Part shown: positions 13,862 through 21,907 of the stretch, piece after piece
Layout: the number at the start of each line of letters is the position of its first letter
How positions within the stretch are numbered: the first letter of the stretch is position 1
IMG/VR virus record: IMGVR_UViG_3300037722_000917
Span: 1-24,420 of that record
DNA: 24,420 nucleotides
From: a virus
Taxonomy: Duplodnaviria > Caudoviricetes
Direction: 5' to 3' (one strand)
The notes under the pieces: model-generated
Databases searched by the model: none
What the model was told of the DNA's origin: nothing
Seen by the model: the letters and a program-made list of their open reading frames with translations, nothing else
Translations under genes and position numbers: made by a program

Positions 13862-14229
13862 CTTTCCAGGAAGTCGTTCACAAGTGGGCAATCCTCTGCT
13901 TCGGACTGGAGATCGCGAAGGATCCCATCGAACGTTCCCACCGCTTCCTCGAAGAGTCCCTCGAACTCGTTCAGGTCCTGGGGTGTCGAGAGGACGAAGC
14001 AATTGCACTTGTGAAATACGTCTACTCCCGACAGAAGGGTAGCATCGGGCAGGAGGTCGGAGGGGTCATGGTCACACTCGGGGCACTCTGTGCGGCCATC
14101 GGTTGGGATATGGAATATTGTGGAAGCAAGGAGCTTGAGCGGATCCTCGATCCGGAGGTCCTGGACAAGATCCGACAGAAGAACCTCACGAAGATCAAGC
14201 GCTCACCTCTTCCTGGAAGGACGACATGA
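13858..14229 (+). CDS. MazG-like all-alpha NTP pyrophosphohydrolase
   Basis: RFLEESLELVQ and QEVGGV acidic helices; GGAGG SD, TTGA overlap. Confidence 0.65.
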   Translation: MTFQEVVHKWAILCFGLEIAKDPIERSHRFLEESLELVQVLGCREDEAIALVKYVYSRQKGSIGQEVGGVMVTLGALCAAIGWDMEYCGSKELERILDPEVLDKIRQKNLTKIKRSPLPGRTT

Positions 14230-15002
14230 AACAGGTCGGTGTCCTCGACACGATCGGATACGTCCGTCTCATCGAGACGTGGGGTTCGGATGAGCGCATC
14301 ATCGAATCTGCCCGCATGTCGACCTCCGGCTCGTTCGTCGGGTGGGGGCCATTCGACTGTCCCAGCTGCGGCGCTGGGACCACGGTCCCACGTGATGGCG
14401 TAGCGAACAAGAACTGTCGCTGCAAGGGCGAAGGGAAGGTGCCTGGTGATGAGAAGCTCCTTCACCACCTCTGGACCCACAAGCATACGACGCCTTTCGA
14501 AATGTCCGGCATGACAATCGAAGTCCAAGCACCAATCGTCGTGTTCCGTGAGTGGCACCGTCACCGTACGCAGTCCTACAACGAGATGAGCGGGCGCTAC
14601 ACCGTCCTCCCGAACATGTTCTACGTTCCGACCCTCGAGCGAGCGAAGCTCTCCCGGCAGCACGAGACGAAGAAGCAGGGCTCGTCCGACACCCCCTTCA
14701 CAGACGAACAAGCGAACTGGATCATCGACAACCTGATGGAGGTTTACACCCGTGCCCGCGGCACGTACGAAATCCTCATCCAGGCTGGCGTCGCGAAGGA
14801 GATTGCCCGGCTCTGCCTACCGGTAGCCCAGTACTCGAAGATGAGGGCATCCGCAAACCTGGTCAACTGGTTTCGGTTCCTGCGTCTCCGCACGGCTCCA
14901 GACGCTCAGTACGAAATCCGCTGCTTCGCAAACGCGACAGCCCTGCTGCTTGCAGAAGCGTTCCCTCGCACGTGGTCCCTCTTTGAACAGGAGAAGCCCT
15001 GA
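14226..15002 (+). CDS. thyX: FAD-dependent thymidylate synthase ThyX with a zinc-finger insertion
   Basis: SARMS, HTTPFE, RHRTQSYNEMSGRY, EIARLCLP, AQYEIR. Confidence 0.96.
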   Translation: MKQVGVLDTIGYVRLIETWGSDERIIESARMSTSGSFVGWGPFDCPSCGAGTTVPRDGVANKNCRCKGEGKVPGDEKLLHHLWTHKHTTPFEMSGMTIEVQAPIVVFREWHRHRTQSYNEMSGRYTVLPNMFYVPTLERAKLSRQHETKKQGSSDTPFTDEQANWIIDNLMEVYTRARGTYEILIQAGVAKEIARLCLPVAQYSKMRASANLVNWFRFLRLRTAPDAQYEIRCFANATALLLAEAFPRTWSLFEQEKP

Positions 15003-15241
15003 TGCCACACTGGGACTTCAAGTGCAGACGCTGCGGCAGGATCTTCGATCTGTCCTTCCCGAGCTTCTCCGCTGCGACGCAGAGCGTTCTAACCTGCAAG
15101 AACTACTGCGGAGGGATCCTCGAGCGGATGCCCTCTGCCCCACAGGTCCGTTCAGTCGCTCCGATGCGGAAGCTTGCGGAGGGAAGACACGGCTCCATCC
15201 GGACAACCGTCTCCGGGACCGACGTCGGAATCTTCGAGTAA
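15002..15241 (+). CDS. FmdB-family zinc-ribbon protein
   Basis: MPHWDFKCRRCGRIFD...CKNYCGG. Confidence 0.75.
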   Translation: MPHWDFKCRRCGRIFDLSFPSFSAATQSVLTCKNYCGGILERMPSAPQVRSVAPMRKLAEGRHGSIRTTVSGTDVGIFE

Positions 15242-15280
15242 GACGGGTGTGGTAGTCCGTAGCCGCTGAACGGAGGAGTG

Positions 15281-15562
15281 ATGGATCCGGTCGAACCGTT
15301 TTTCAAGAAGTCCTGGACGCAGGATCACGTAGTCTACGCAAAGGACCAGAAGGAGTACCGGCCACTGCCTGCAATCGTGGATCAGGACGGGACCGTGATC
15401 ACGGAGTGGGAGTTGACGGATGAAGAACGGGAAGCCCTCTTTATGGGAGGACGCATCCGCCTGACCCTGCTCTATGTGGTCCGGGACCGGACCGGAGAAC
15501 GTGTTCCACTCTGCCCGATCAAGATCGAGGCACTCGAGCCCGAGCACAAGGACATCGGATGA
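15281..15562 (+). CDS. Hypothetical protein
   Basis: GGAGGAG SD; AKDQKEYRPLPA...WELTDEER motif. Confidence 0.75.
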   Translation: MDPVEPFFKKSWTQDHVVYAKDQKEYRPLPAIVDQDGTVITEWELTDEEREALFMGGRIRLTLLYVVRDRTGERVPLCPIKIEALEPEHKDIG

Positions 15563-15834
15563 GTACCGCTCCAACGACCCTCTCCGTGAAGCGACGCTTC
15601 GAGCCGATCGGTCACAGTGAGTGGGAGAGGGAACCCTTCGACGTTCTCGTCTGGCATTATGACGGGGAGTCCTACTTGACTCATCCCGTGCAGTGTCCAG
15701 ACGGATACTTCCCCGGCCTCCTCCGAACGTTCATGAACGGGGAACCCTGTGACCTGAGAACATTTGACGAAGGACTCGGCCGAGAGAAGCTCGGGATCAC
15801 CCGTGCTGACATCCTGAAGGAGGTCCTCCGATGA
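15559..15834 (+). CDS. Hypothetical protein (91 aa)
   Basis: ATGA overlaps on both sides. Confidence 0.65.
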   Translation: MSTAPTTLSVKRRFEPIGHSEWEREPFDVLVWHYDGESYLTHPVQCPDGYFPGLLRTFMNGEPCDLRTFDEGLGREKLGITRADILKEVLR

Positions 15835-16469
15835 TCTATCCCATCGCCGAGAAGTTCAAGAGCCCTCAGGGTGAGGGACTCTACACCGGTGTGCCCATGG
15901 CCTTCATCCGGTTCATCGGATGTTCTGTCGGGCAGAAGATCTGCACGGCCTGTGACACAGACTTCGATCAGGTCTACGAGAAGCTTGGCGGAGGACGCTT
16001 CTCCGTCGAAGACCTCGCAGAGTGGGCAGGGGATTACATCCACGTCTGCCTGACTGGAGGTGAGCCTCTTGACCGGCAACTCCTGCCGTTGATCAACCAT
16101 CTACAAGATCGGCACGGGAAGATCATCCACGTGGAAACCTCTGGAACCATCTTCCCAAGCTGGCTGCGGGAGGTCTACCGAAAGCATTTCTGGCTCTGCG
16201 TCTCTCCGAAGCCGGGCTACCTGCAAGACATGATCTCGACCGCCGACGAGATCAAGGTGATTCTCGGAGGACTCGGTGCCGGCCCAGGCTGGCCCTCTCT
16301 CGAAGACGCCGTTCGGTGGGCGGATGAAGGGAAGCTGGTCTACCTCCAACCTCGGAACGAGAAGTTCCTGATCGATCGATCCGCTCTGCAGGAAGTCATC
16401 GAGACGGCGCATCAGCATCCACGTCTCCGGATCTCCGTGCAAATGCACAAGTTCATGGAAGTGCGATGA
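15831..16469 (+). CDS. queE: 7-carboxy-7-deazaguanine synthase QueE (radical SAM)
   Basis: EKFKSPQGEG, FIRFIGC-x6-C-x2-CDT, TGGEP, ETSG, VSPK, SVQMHK. Confidence 0.95.
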   Translation: MIYPIAEKFKSPQGEGLYTGVPMAFIRFIGCSVGQKICTACDTDFDQVYEKLGGGRFSVEDLAEWAGDYIHVCLTGGEPLDRQLLPLINHLQDRHGKIIHVETSGTIFPSWLREVYRKHFWLCVSPKPGYLQDMISTADEIKVILGGLGAGPGWPSLEDAVRWADEGKLVYLQPRNEKFLIDRSALQEVIETAHQHPRLRISVQMHKFMEVR

Positions 16470-16690
16470 GAGGAAATCTCTCGCTCGACAGGAAACGTGG
16501 GCGCTGGAAATCCACCGTCCGACAACGTGTCGCCTGGCTACTTGCGCATCGAGACCTTTGGAAGAAGGACAAGCGAACAATCGTCGAGGCAATGCGTGAA
16601 GCAGGACTCGTAGCACGAACGACATACTGGAAAGACGTTCACGTTGAAGCACTCTTCCGTCTTGCAGGAGATATCCTCCCTCATGACTAG
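16466..16690 (+). CDS. Hypothetical basic protein (74 aa)
   Basis: ATGA overlap with queE. Confidence 0.6.
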   Translation: MRGNLSLDRKRGRWKSTVRQRVAWLLAHRDLWKKDKRTIVEAMREAGLVARTTYWKDVHVEALFRLAGDILPHD

Positions 16691-16895
16691 GATCCCTCCG
16701 CCGACAGGTCATAACCCAGAGCGCACGAAGCTGATCAAACACATGCTCTCCGAGCTCGAGGCTCCAAGCAAGGAGCTGACGGGATGGGAAGACCGATTCC
16801 TCGAATCCATCACCACACAGTGGGACGAGCGTCACTGGCTCTCAGACGATCAGTTCCGGACGCTCGAACGTATCTACACGGAGAAAACCGCATGA
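16683..16895 (+). CDS. Hypothetical protein (70 aa)
   Basis: AGGAG SD; LTGWEDRFLESI...LSDDQ..LERIY pattern; ATGA overlap with hpt. Confidence 0.7.
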   Translation: MTRIPPPTGHNPERTKLIKHMLSELEAPSKELTGWEDRFLESITTQWDERHWLSDDQFRTLERIYTEKTA

Positions 16896-17392
16896 GCTTC
16901 TCGACGGTTCTCTTTGACCAGTATCAGATCGCGGACCGCGTCCGAGAGCTGTCCTATGAACTTGACAAAGTCCCGATCTCACACGTCGTCGTGGTGATGA
17001 ACGGAGCTCTGCACTTCGCGTCACAGCTCCTGCTGCAGCTCCGTCGAGACGTCTCCGTCAGCCTAATCCAGGTGCGCACATACGTTGGGAAGTCCCCAGT
17101 CAATCCTCCGAAGGCCATTGACCAGATTGGTCTCCGAGACCTTTCCGGACACGACGTTCTCGTGATCGAGGACATTGTCGATACCGGGGCAACCATCAAG
17201 TACTTGCGAAAGCAACTGCTCCACAGCGGAGCCCGCACCGTCCGAACCATCTCCTTGCTCCAACGGCGTGGAAGCGCAGAGCAAGCGAACCACATCGGAT
17301 TCCTCCTCGAAGACAACGCCTTTGTAGTCGGCTATGGCCTCGACCTCGACGGTAAATACCGTCACTACCCTTTCATTGGAGTGCTCTCATGA
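16892..17392 (+). CDS. hpt: Hypoxanthine/guanine phosphoribosyltransferase family protein
   Basis: VLVIEDIVDTGAT PRPP-binding loop; FVVGYGLD..GKYR C-terminal motif. Confidence 0.92.
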   Translation: MSFSTVLFDQYQIADRVRELSYELDKVPISHVVVVMNGALHFASQLLLQLRRDVSVSLIQVRTYVGKSPVNPPKAIDQIGLRDLSGHDVLVIEDIVDTGATIKYLRKQLLHSGARTVRTISLLQRRGSAEQANHIGFLLEDNAFVVGYGLDLDGKYRHYPFIGVLS

Positions 17393-17931
17393 ACCAGAAG
17401 ATGATGGAGAAGGGAGTGGAACTCCTACTCCGAGGAATGGGAGTGGATCCCTCCGACCCGAACTTCGAGGGGACGCCGGGCCGCGTCGCCCGGATGTTCA
17501 AAGAGATGTTGACACCGGAGGCCAACAACTGGTCCACCTTCCCAGCGAAGGCCAGCGATCTGATTATCCTCCGCGGTCACAAGGTCGTCGCAGTGTGTCC
17601 ACACCATCTGCAGCCCGTCGAAATCCGATGTGCCATCGGCTACATCCCACACAAGGAGACGCTCGGTCTCTCCAAGCTGGCAAGGGTCGTCGAAGAGCAA
17701 CTGACCATCCCGATCATGCAGGAGGACCTTGCTGAGGCTGTCGCCACTGCCCTTCAGCAGAAGATCGATCCGAAGGGCGTCGGGGTCGTCCTCGCCGGAG
17801 TGCACGGCTGCATGCGCTACCGCGGGATCCGGTCCTCCGGTGACGTCATCACCTCCGTGATGAAGGGAGTCCTCCTTCTCAACCCGGCCGCCCGATCCGA
17901 ATTCCTTCAACTCATCGGAAGTCCTGCGTAG
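17389..17931 (+). CDS. folE: GTP cyclohydrolase I FolE
   Basis: TPGRVA, CPHHL, GLSKLAR, MQE, HGCM..RG. Confidence 0.96.
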   Translation: MNQKMMEKGVELLLRGMGVDPSDPNFEGTPGRVARMFKEMLTPEANNWSTFPAKASDLIILRGHKVVAVCPHHLQPVEIRCAIGYIPHKETLGLSKLARVVEEQLTIPIMQEDLAEAVATALQQKIDPKGVGVVLAGVHGCMRYRGIRSSGDVITSVMKGVLLLNPAARSEFLQLIGSPA

Positions 17932-17939
17932 GAGGACCT

Positions 17940-18233
17940 ATGTCGATTCTCGCGGAGATTCGAGCAGTCACTGCTTCGCTGAACGTCGCTGAGGACGTCC
18001 GCAGGCAGCTGTCTAGGACGTTCGATCCGAGGGACCTCCTTTTCGAAGCGCTCAAGGCGGCTGCCCTCTCGTGGAAGGAGGATCCTTTCATTCAGAAACT
18101 TCTGCAGAAGGAGTATCCTCCGAACGTCATCCTGGTCCCAAAGCACGTGTCCCCAGACCACTACGTGATTCAAGGTGCTTGCTTCGACATGATCATCTAC
18201 GACGAAGTCGTTGAGCCGTCGAATGAAGATTGA
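17940..18233 (+). CDS. Hypothetical protein (97 aa)
   Basis: AGGAGG SD; fills the folE-polymerase gap. Confidence 0.65.
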   Translation: MSILAEIRAVTASLNVAEDVRRQLSRTFDPRDLLFEALKAAALSWKEDPFIQKLLQKEYPPNVILVPKHVSPDHYVIQGACFDMIIYDEVVEPSNED

Positions 18234-20796
18234 TCTCAAGCTCGTCGAACCCACCGACGACAATCCATTCGGTAAACCCGAGCACTGTCGGAACTGCACC
18301 CTCTTCTCGGAGCCAGGTCCCGTCTTCGGGGACGGGAATCGAGCCGCCCGAATCTTCTACCTCGGCGAAGGCCCCGGGGCGGACGAAGTCGACTGGTCTC
18401 CTTCCTACGACCCCGAACGCCACGGCCCTCCTCGTGCAAACATGCGGATCGAACTTCCGAAGTGGCGGGACGATGGGAAACCTCCCAGCACGACCGTATC
18501 GTTTCGCCAGCACCGGATGAAACCGTTCGTAGGCGGGTCAGGACGAATCCGGAACGCCCTGCTCAAGCATGCGAGCCTGGACAAGGATGTCCACCTCTTC
18601 ACCTCGAACTGTGTGAAGTGTAGGCCTCCAGCGAATCGCCTTCCCACTCAACACGAAGTGGCCTGCTGCGCTCCCTTCCTCATTCAGGAACTGGAAGATG
18701 TCAACCCGAACCTCATCATCGCGGCGGGTGAGCTCGCGCTCTCAACCGTCACCGGAAAGTCGAAGATCGGGCTCTGGCGGGGAGTCCCCACCCTCGGCGC
18801 CTTCGGGAAGAAGGTCTTCCCCACCTGGCACCCAGCCAACGTCATGCGGGTTCAGTGGAACTGGCCCTTCGCCGTCCACGACCTGGCGCGCGCGAAAGTT
18901 GAGAGCACGTTCCCGGAGATCCGTCGGATACCGGTCAACATTGACCGACGTGCAAGTCTTGCAGATACTCGAAGCACTCTGCTTGCAGATATCCGAGCAC
19001 GGGGAGCCTGCACGTTCGACTTCGAGACGACTGGTCTCACCCCGGACCGTGATTCGATTCGCATGTGCGGATTTGTCGGGCGGCCAGATCAGGCTAACGT
19101 GTACGATTGGACCTCTGGTGCTCAGCAGCTCTTTCAGGAGATATTTGACGATCCTACAGTCGAAATCTGCGGTCAGAACATCCTCTACTTCGACCTCCCC
19201 TTCGCGGAGGAGAAAGGGCATCGGGTAAGGTGGGAGGAACGCATCTTCGATACGATGGTGGCGTTCCACCTGGCCAACAGCTCTTATGGTCAGACCTCCA
19301 TCGGTGCGCAGAACGCAGGGAACTACCAAGGCGCTCGCGGCACGGAGAAGGACCTCTCCTTCATCGCTTCGAATCATACAGACATCGAGTATTGGAAGTC
19401 GAAGGAACAGTACAAGAACGACCTCTACGGCGTCTGTGGCGTAGACGTCATTGCAACGGATCGATCCGCGTACCACCCTGTTCACGGGCTGAAAGCCGAA
19501 CTGGCCTCATACGACATGCTCGATCTGTACTACAAGCATGTGCTGCCGGTTCACCTCCCCCTCCGCAGGATGACGCAACGCGGAGTGAAGATTGACGAAG
19601 ACCGGGCAGCCCGTTGGGCCATGATGCTGGAGTCGAATGCAAACCAGCTCGAGTCCACGCTGAAGGAGGGTCTCGGGTACGACTTCAACATGAACAGCCC
19701 GCAGCAGTTGATGGATCTGCTCTACAACAAGCTGGGCTTACCCGTCCAATACATTCACGACAAGAAGCGAGGGAAACGGCCCACAGCAAACGCCGAAGCG
19801 ATTGAGATCCTCGCGAACCTGGCTCCAGAGAACAAGATCCTCGGGACGATCGTTGACATCCGTCACCTGCGGAAGATGAATTCGACATACGTCCAGCCGG
19901 GCCTCGTGACCGGATACCTCCACCCTCGCTTCGGCGTGAGCAAAGCTGCCAACGGCCGATTCAACGGTCAGGACCCGAACGCACAGAACGTGCCGGAGAT
20001 CATGCGGGATATCTGGATCCCGGATTCACCCGAGCACGTGCTGCTCTCCGCTGACAGCTCGCAGATTGAATGGCGTGTCGCCATGGTCCTGTCCGGAGAT
20101 CCGGTCGGCCTCGAACTCCTCGCGAGTGGAGTGGACAACCACCGTGCAGTCGCAGCGGAGACCCTTGGGAAACGGATCGAAGACATTTCCGATGCCGAAC
20201 GCCACGCGTCGAAGTTCATCGTCTACGGACTCGGCTACGGACGAGGGGCTGCCAGCATCGCGGCAGGCCACAACCTCGACCTCTCGTTCGTGGACCAGTT
20301 CATCAGCAGGTTCTTTGCCCGGTTCAAGGTCTTCCACGCGTGGCGCGAAGCGTTGCCTGAACAAGTCCGACGTGATCACTTCCTGGCGAATCCCTTCAAA
20401 CGCCGTAGGTGGTGGTACACCCGAGAGATTACGGAAATCTACAACTTCCCTGCCTCCAGCACCGCTGCTGACATGATGTACGAGGAGATCATCCAACTCG
20501 AACGGCAGTTGCCGAAGGACGCGACTCTGCGCTTGACGGTTCACGACGAAGTCGTTCTCAACGTCCCGAAGGACATCGTCCGGGAAACCATCAACTGCGT
20601 ACGAAGCATCATGCAGGCGAAATGGGAGCTGATCGTCAATGCGAGTGCTCGCCCGGAGAACGTGCGTAGGCACTATCCCGACGGTTGGTTCTGTCCAGCA
20701 GACGTCCATGTCGGCACGAACTGGAAGATGTGCAAGTCGAAAGACCCACAGGACAAGGTTGATCGAGCGAAGCTCGAGAAGGAGCTGGGACTCTAA
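18223..20796 (+). CDS. polA: Family A DNA polymerase with N-terminal family-4 uracil-DNA glycosylase domain and 3'-5' exonuclease
   Basis: UDG: CRNC, GEGPG, PFVG, NCVKCRPP, HPA; Exo: DFETTG, QNILYFD; Pol: ADSSQIEWR, KFIVYGLGYG, VHDE. Confidence 0.95.
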   Translation: MKIDLKLVEPTDDNPFGKPEHCRNCTLFSEPGPVFGDGNRAARIFYLGEGPGADEVDWSPSYDPERHGPPRANMRIELPKWRDDGKPPSTTVSFRQHRMKPFVGGSGRIRNALLKHASLDKDVHLFTSNCVKCRPPANRLPTQHEVACCAPFLIQELEDVNPNLIIAAGELALSTVTGKSKIGLWRGVPTLGAFGKKVFPTWHPANVMRVQWNWPFAVHDLARAKVESTFPEIRRIPVNIDRRASLADTRSTLLADIRARGACTFDFETTGLTPDRDSIRMCGFVGRPDQANVYDWTSGAQQLFQEIFDDPTVEICGQNILYFDLPFAEEKGHRVRWEERIFDTMVAFHLANSSYGQTSIGAQNAGNYQGARGTEKDLSFIASNHTDIEYWKSKEQYKNDLYGVCGVDVIATDRSAYHPVHGLKAELASYDMLDLYYKHVLPVHLPLRRMTQRGVKIDEDRAARWAMMLESNANQLESTLKEGLGYDFNMNSPQQLMDLLYNKLGLPVQYIHDKKRGKRPTANAEAIEILANLAPENKILGTIVDIRHLRKMNSTYVQPGLVTGYLHPRFGVSKAANGRFNGQDPNAQNVPEIMRDIWIPDSPEHVLLSADSSQIEWRVAMVLSGDPVGLELLASGVDNHRAVAAETLGKRIEDISDAERHASKFIVYGLGYGRGAASIAAGHNLDLSFVDQFISRFFARFKVFHAWREALPEQVRRDHFLANPFKRRRWWYTREITEIYNFPASSTAADMMYEEIIQLERQLPKDATLRLTVHDEVVLNVPKDIVRETINCVRSIMQAKWELIVNASARPENVRRHYPDGWFCPADVHVGTNWKMCKSKDPQDKVDRAKLEKELGL

Positions 20797-21161
20797 TGGC
20801 GTACAACATCAACACGCTCGAGCAGCTGCAGGAGTTAGCCACAGAACGCAACTGCGAGCTCTACACCGGTGCGGACGTAGTCCTGCTCCTTGATCTCGAC
20901 ACTCCTGCTCAGGTCCTGCAATACGAGACCATGCTGCCCCTCGTCGCCGAGAAGTTCGGAGCAGCAGAGCATCTGCGCTGGAAATCTCGTGGCGGTGGGA
21001 CGCACATCGTCCTGCTGCTGGGTCGCTCCCTGGCACCTCCTGAACGCATCGCTCTGCAGGCGGCTCTCGGGTCTGACCCACGGCGCGAGATCCTGGCAAT
21101 CTTCGAATTCCACGTGTCGGGATCCGACACCATCTCCCTGTTTCGACCGAAGGAGGCGTAG
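20796..21161 (+). CDS. Small protein with AEP primase-like motifs
   Basis: LLLDLD (motif I-like) and KSRGGGTHIV (motif II-like); only 121 aa. Confidence 0.55.
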   Translation: MAYNINTLEQLQELATERNCELYTGADVVLLLDLDTPAQVLQYETMLPLVAEKFGAAEHLRWKSRGGGTHIVLLLGRSLAPPERIALQAALGSDPRREILAIFEFHVSGSDTISLFRPKEA

Positions 21162-21166
21162 TACCC

Positions 21167-21907
21167 ATGATCCGACTCTCCATGGAAATCCCGACACATT
21201 GGCTGAGGGTTTGGACGTCCAGGACGGACCTGGACTTCGTCCTTGCGCACAGGGTCCTTGAGGACGGTACGTACGCAGAGTTCCACGCGAACCGGGAGAA
21301 GGGGCGTGAGCTCATCCTGGACAACTCCATGCACGAGCTGGGACATCCCCTGCCGGTTAAGGACATCATCCACGCTGCGCGAGCGGTCAAGGCGAACTAT
21401 GTCATCCCGCCAGACAAGCTGGGATACCCCGACTTCAACCTTGACCAGTTCTGGTCGATGGTCTCCTCAGTCAGAGGAGAGTTCCCTCTGGCTCCCGTGG
21501 TGTGCGGACACACGCAGGCCGAGCGTCTCTCCTTCATCGAAGAAGTCTCCGAACATGCAAGCATGATCTGCTTGCCATACCGAGAAGCCCGCTTCGACTG
21601 GTATCAGGAACTGTCCGAGGCCTTCTCGAACTGGGACCGGATCCACCTCCTCGGCGTGAACACGCTCGGCGAACTCCACTCCTTCGCCATGATCTCCGAA
21701 TGCGATCCGGCCCGTCCTCGGCGCTGGTCCGTCGACACTGCCAAGGCAATCAAGTGGGGTGTCGAGATGCGGGGCATCGACGATGGAGACAGTCTTCGAC
21801 ACGCCTCCCTCTCGTCTAAAGACCTGCTGGATCTCCGAGAGCTGAACCCCGCCCAGCTGATGTACGTCAACCACAACATCGAGATTCTCCGCTTGACCTG
21901 CGCATGA
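21167..21907 (+). CDS. dpdA: TGT/DpdA-like TIM-barrel protein (putative DNA 7-deazaguanine transglycosylase)
   Basis: ILDNS, VIPPD, VVCG, IHLLG and SVDT occur in the order of TGT-fold active-site motifs; co-located with queCDE/folE. Confidence 0.65.
   Translation: MIRLSMEIPTHWLRVWTSRTDLDFVLAHRVLEDGTYAEFHANREKGRELILDNSMHELGHPLPVKDIIHAARAVKANYVIPPDKLGYPDFNLDQFWSMVSSVRGEFPLAPVVCGHTQAERLSFIEEVSEHASMICLPYREARFDWYQELSEAFSNWDRIHLLGVNTLGELHSFAMISECDPARPRRWSVDTAKAIKWGVEMRGIDDGDSLRHASLSSKDLLDLRELNPAQLMYVNHNIEILRLTCA

Noticed and set aside
18391-18519. Intein or intron in the polymerase
   Set aside because: The insert is in frame, only ~40 aa, and lacks C/S...HN intein ends and intron core structure
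12449-20796. 2-aminoadenine (Z), uracil or hydroxymethyluracil genome
   Set aside because: No purZ or dUMP hydroxymethylase in the window; ThyX and an intact-looking UDG point to normal thymine. Genes outside the window cannot be excluded
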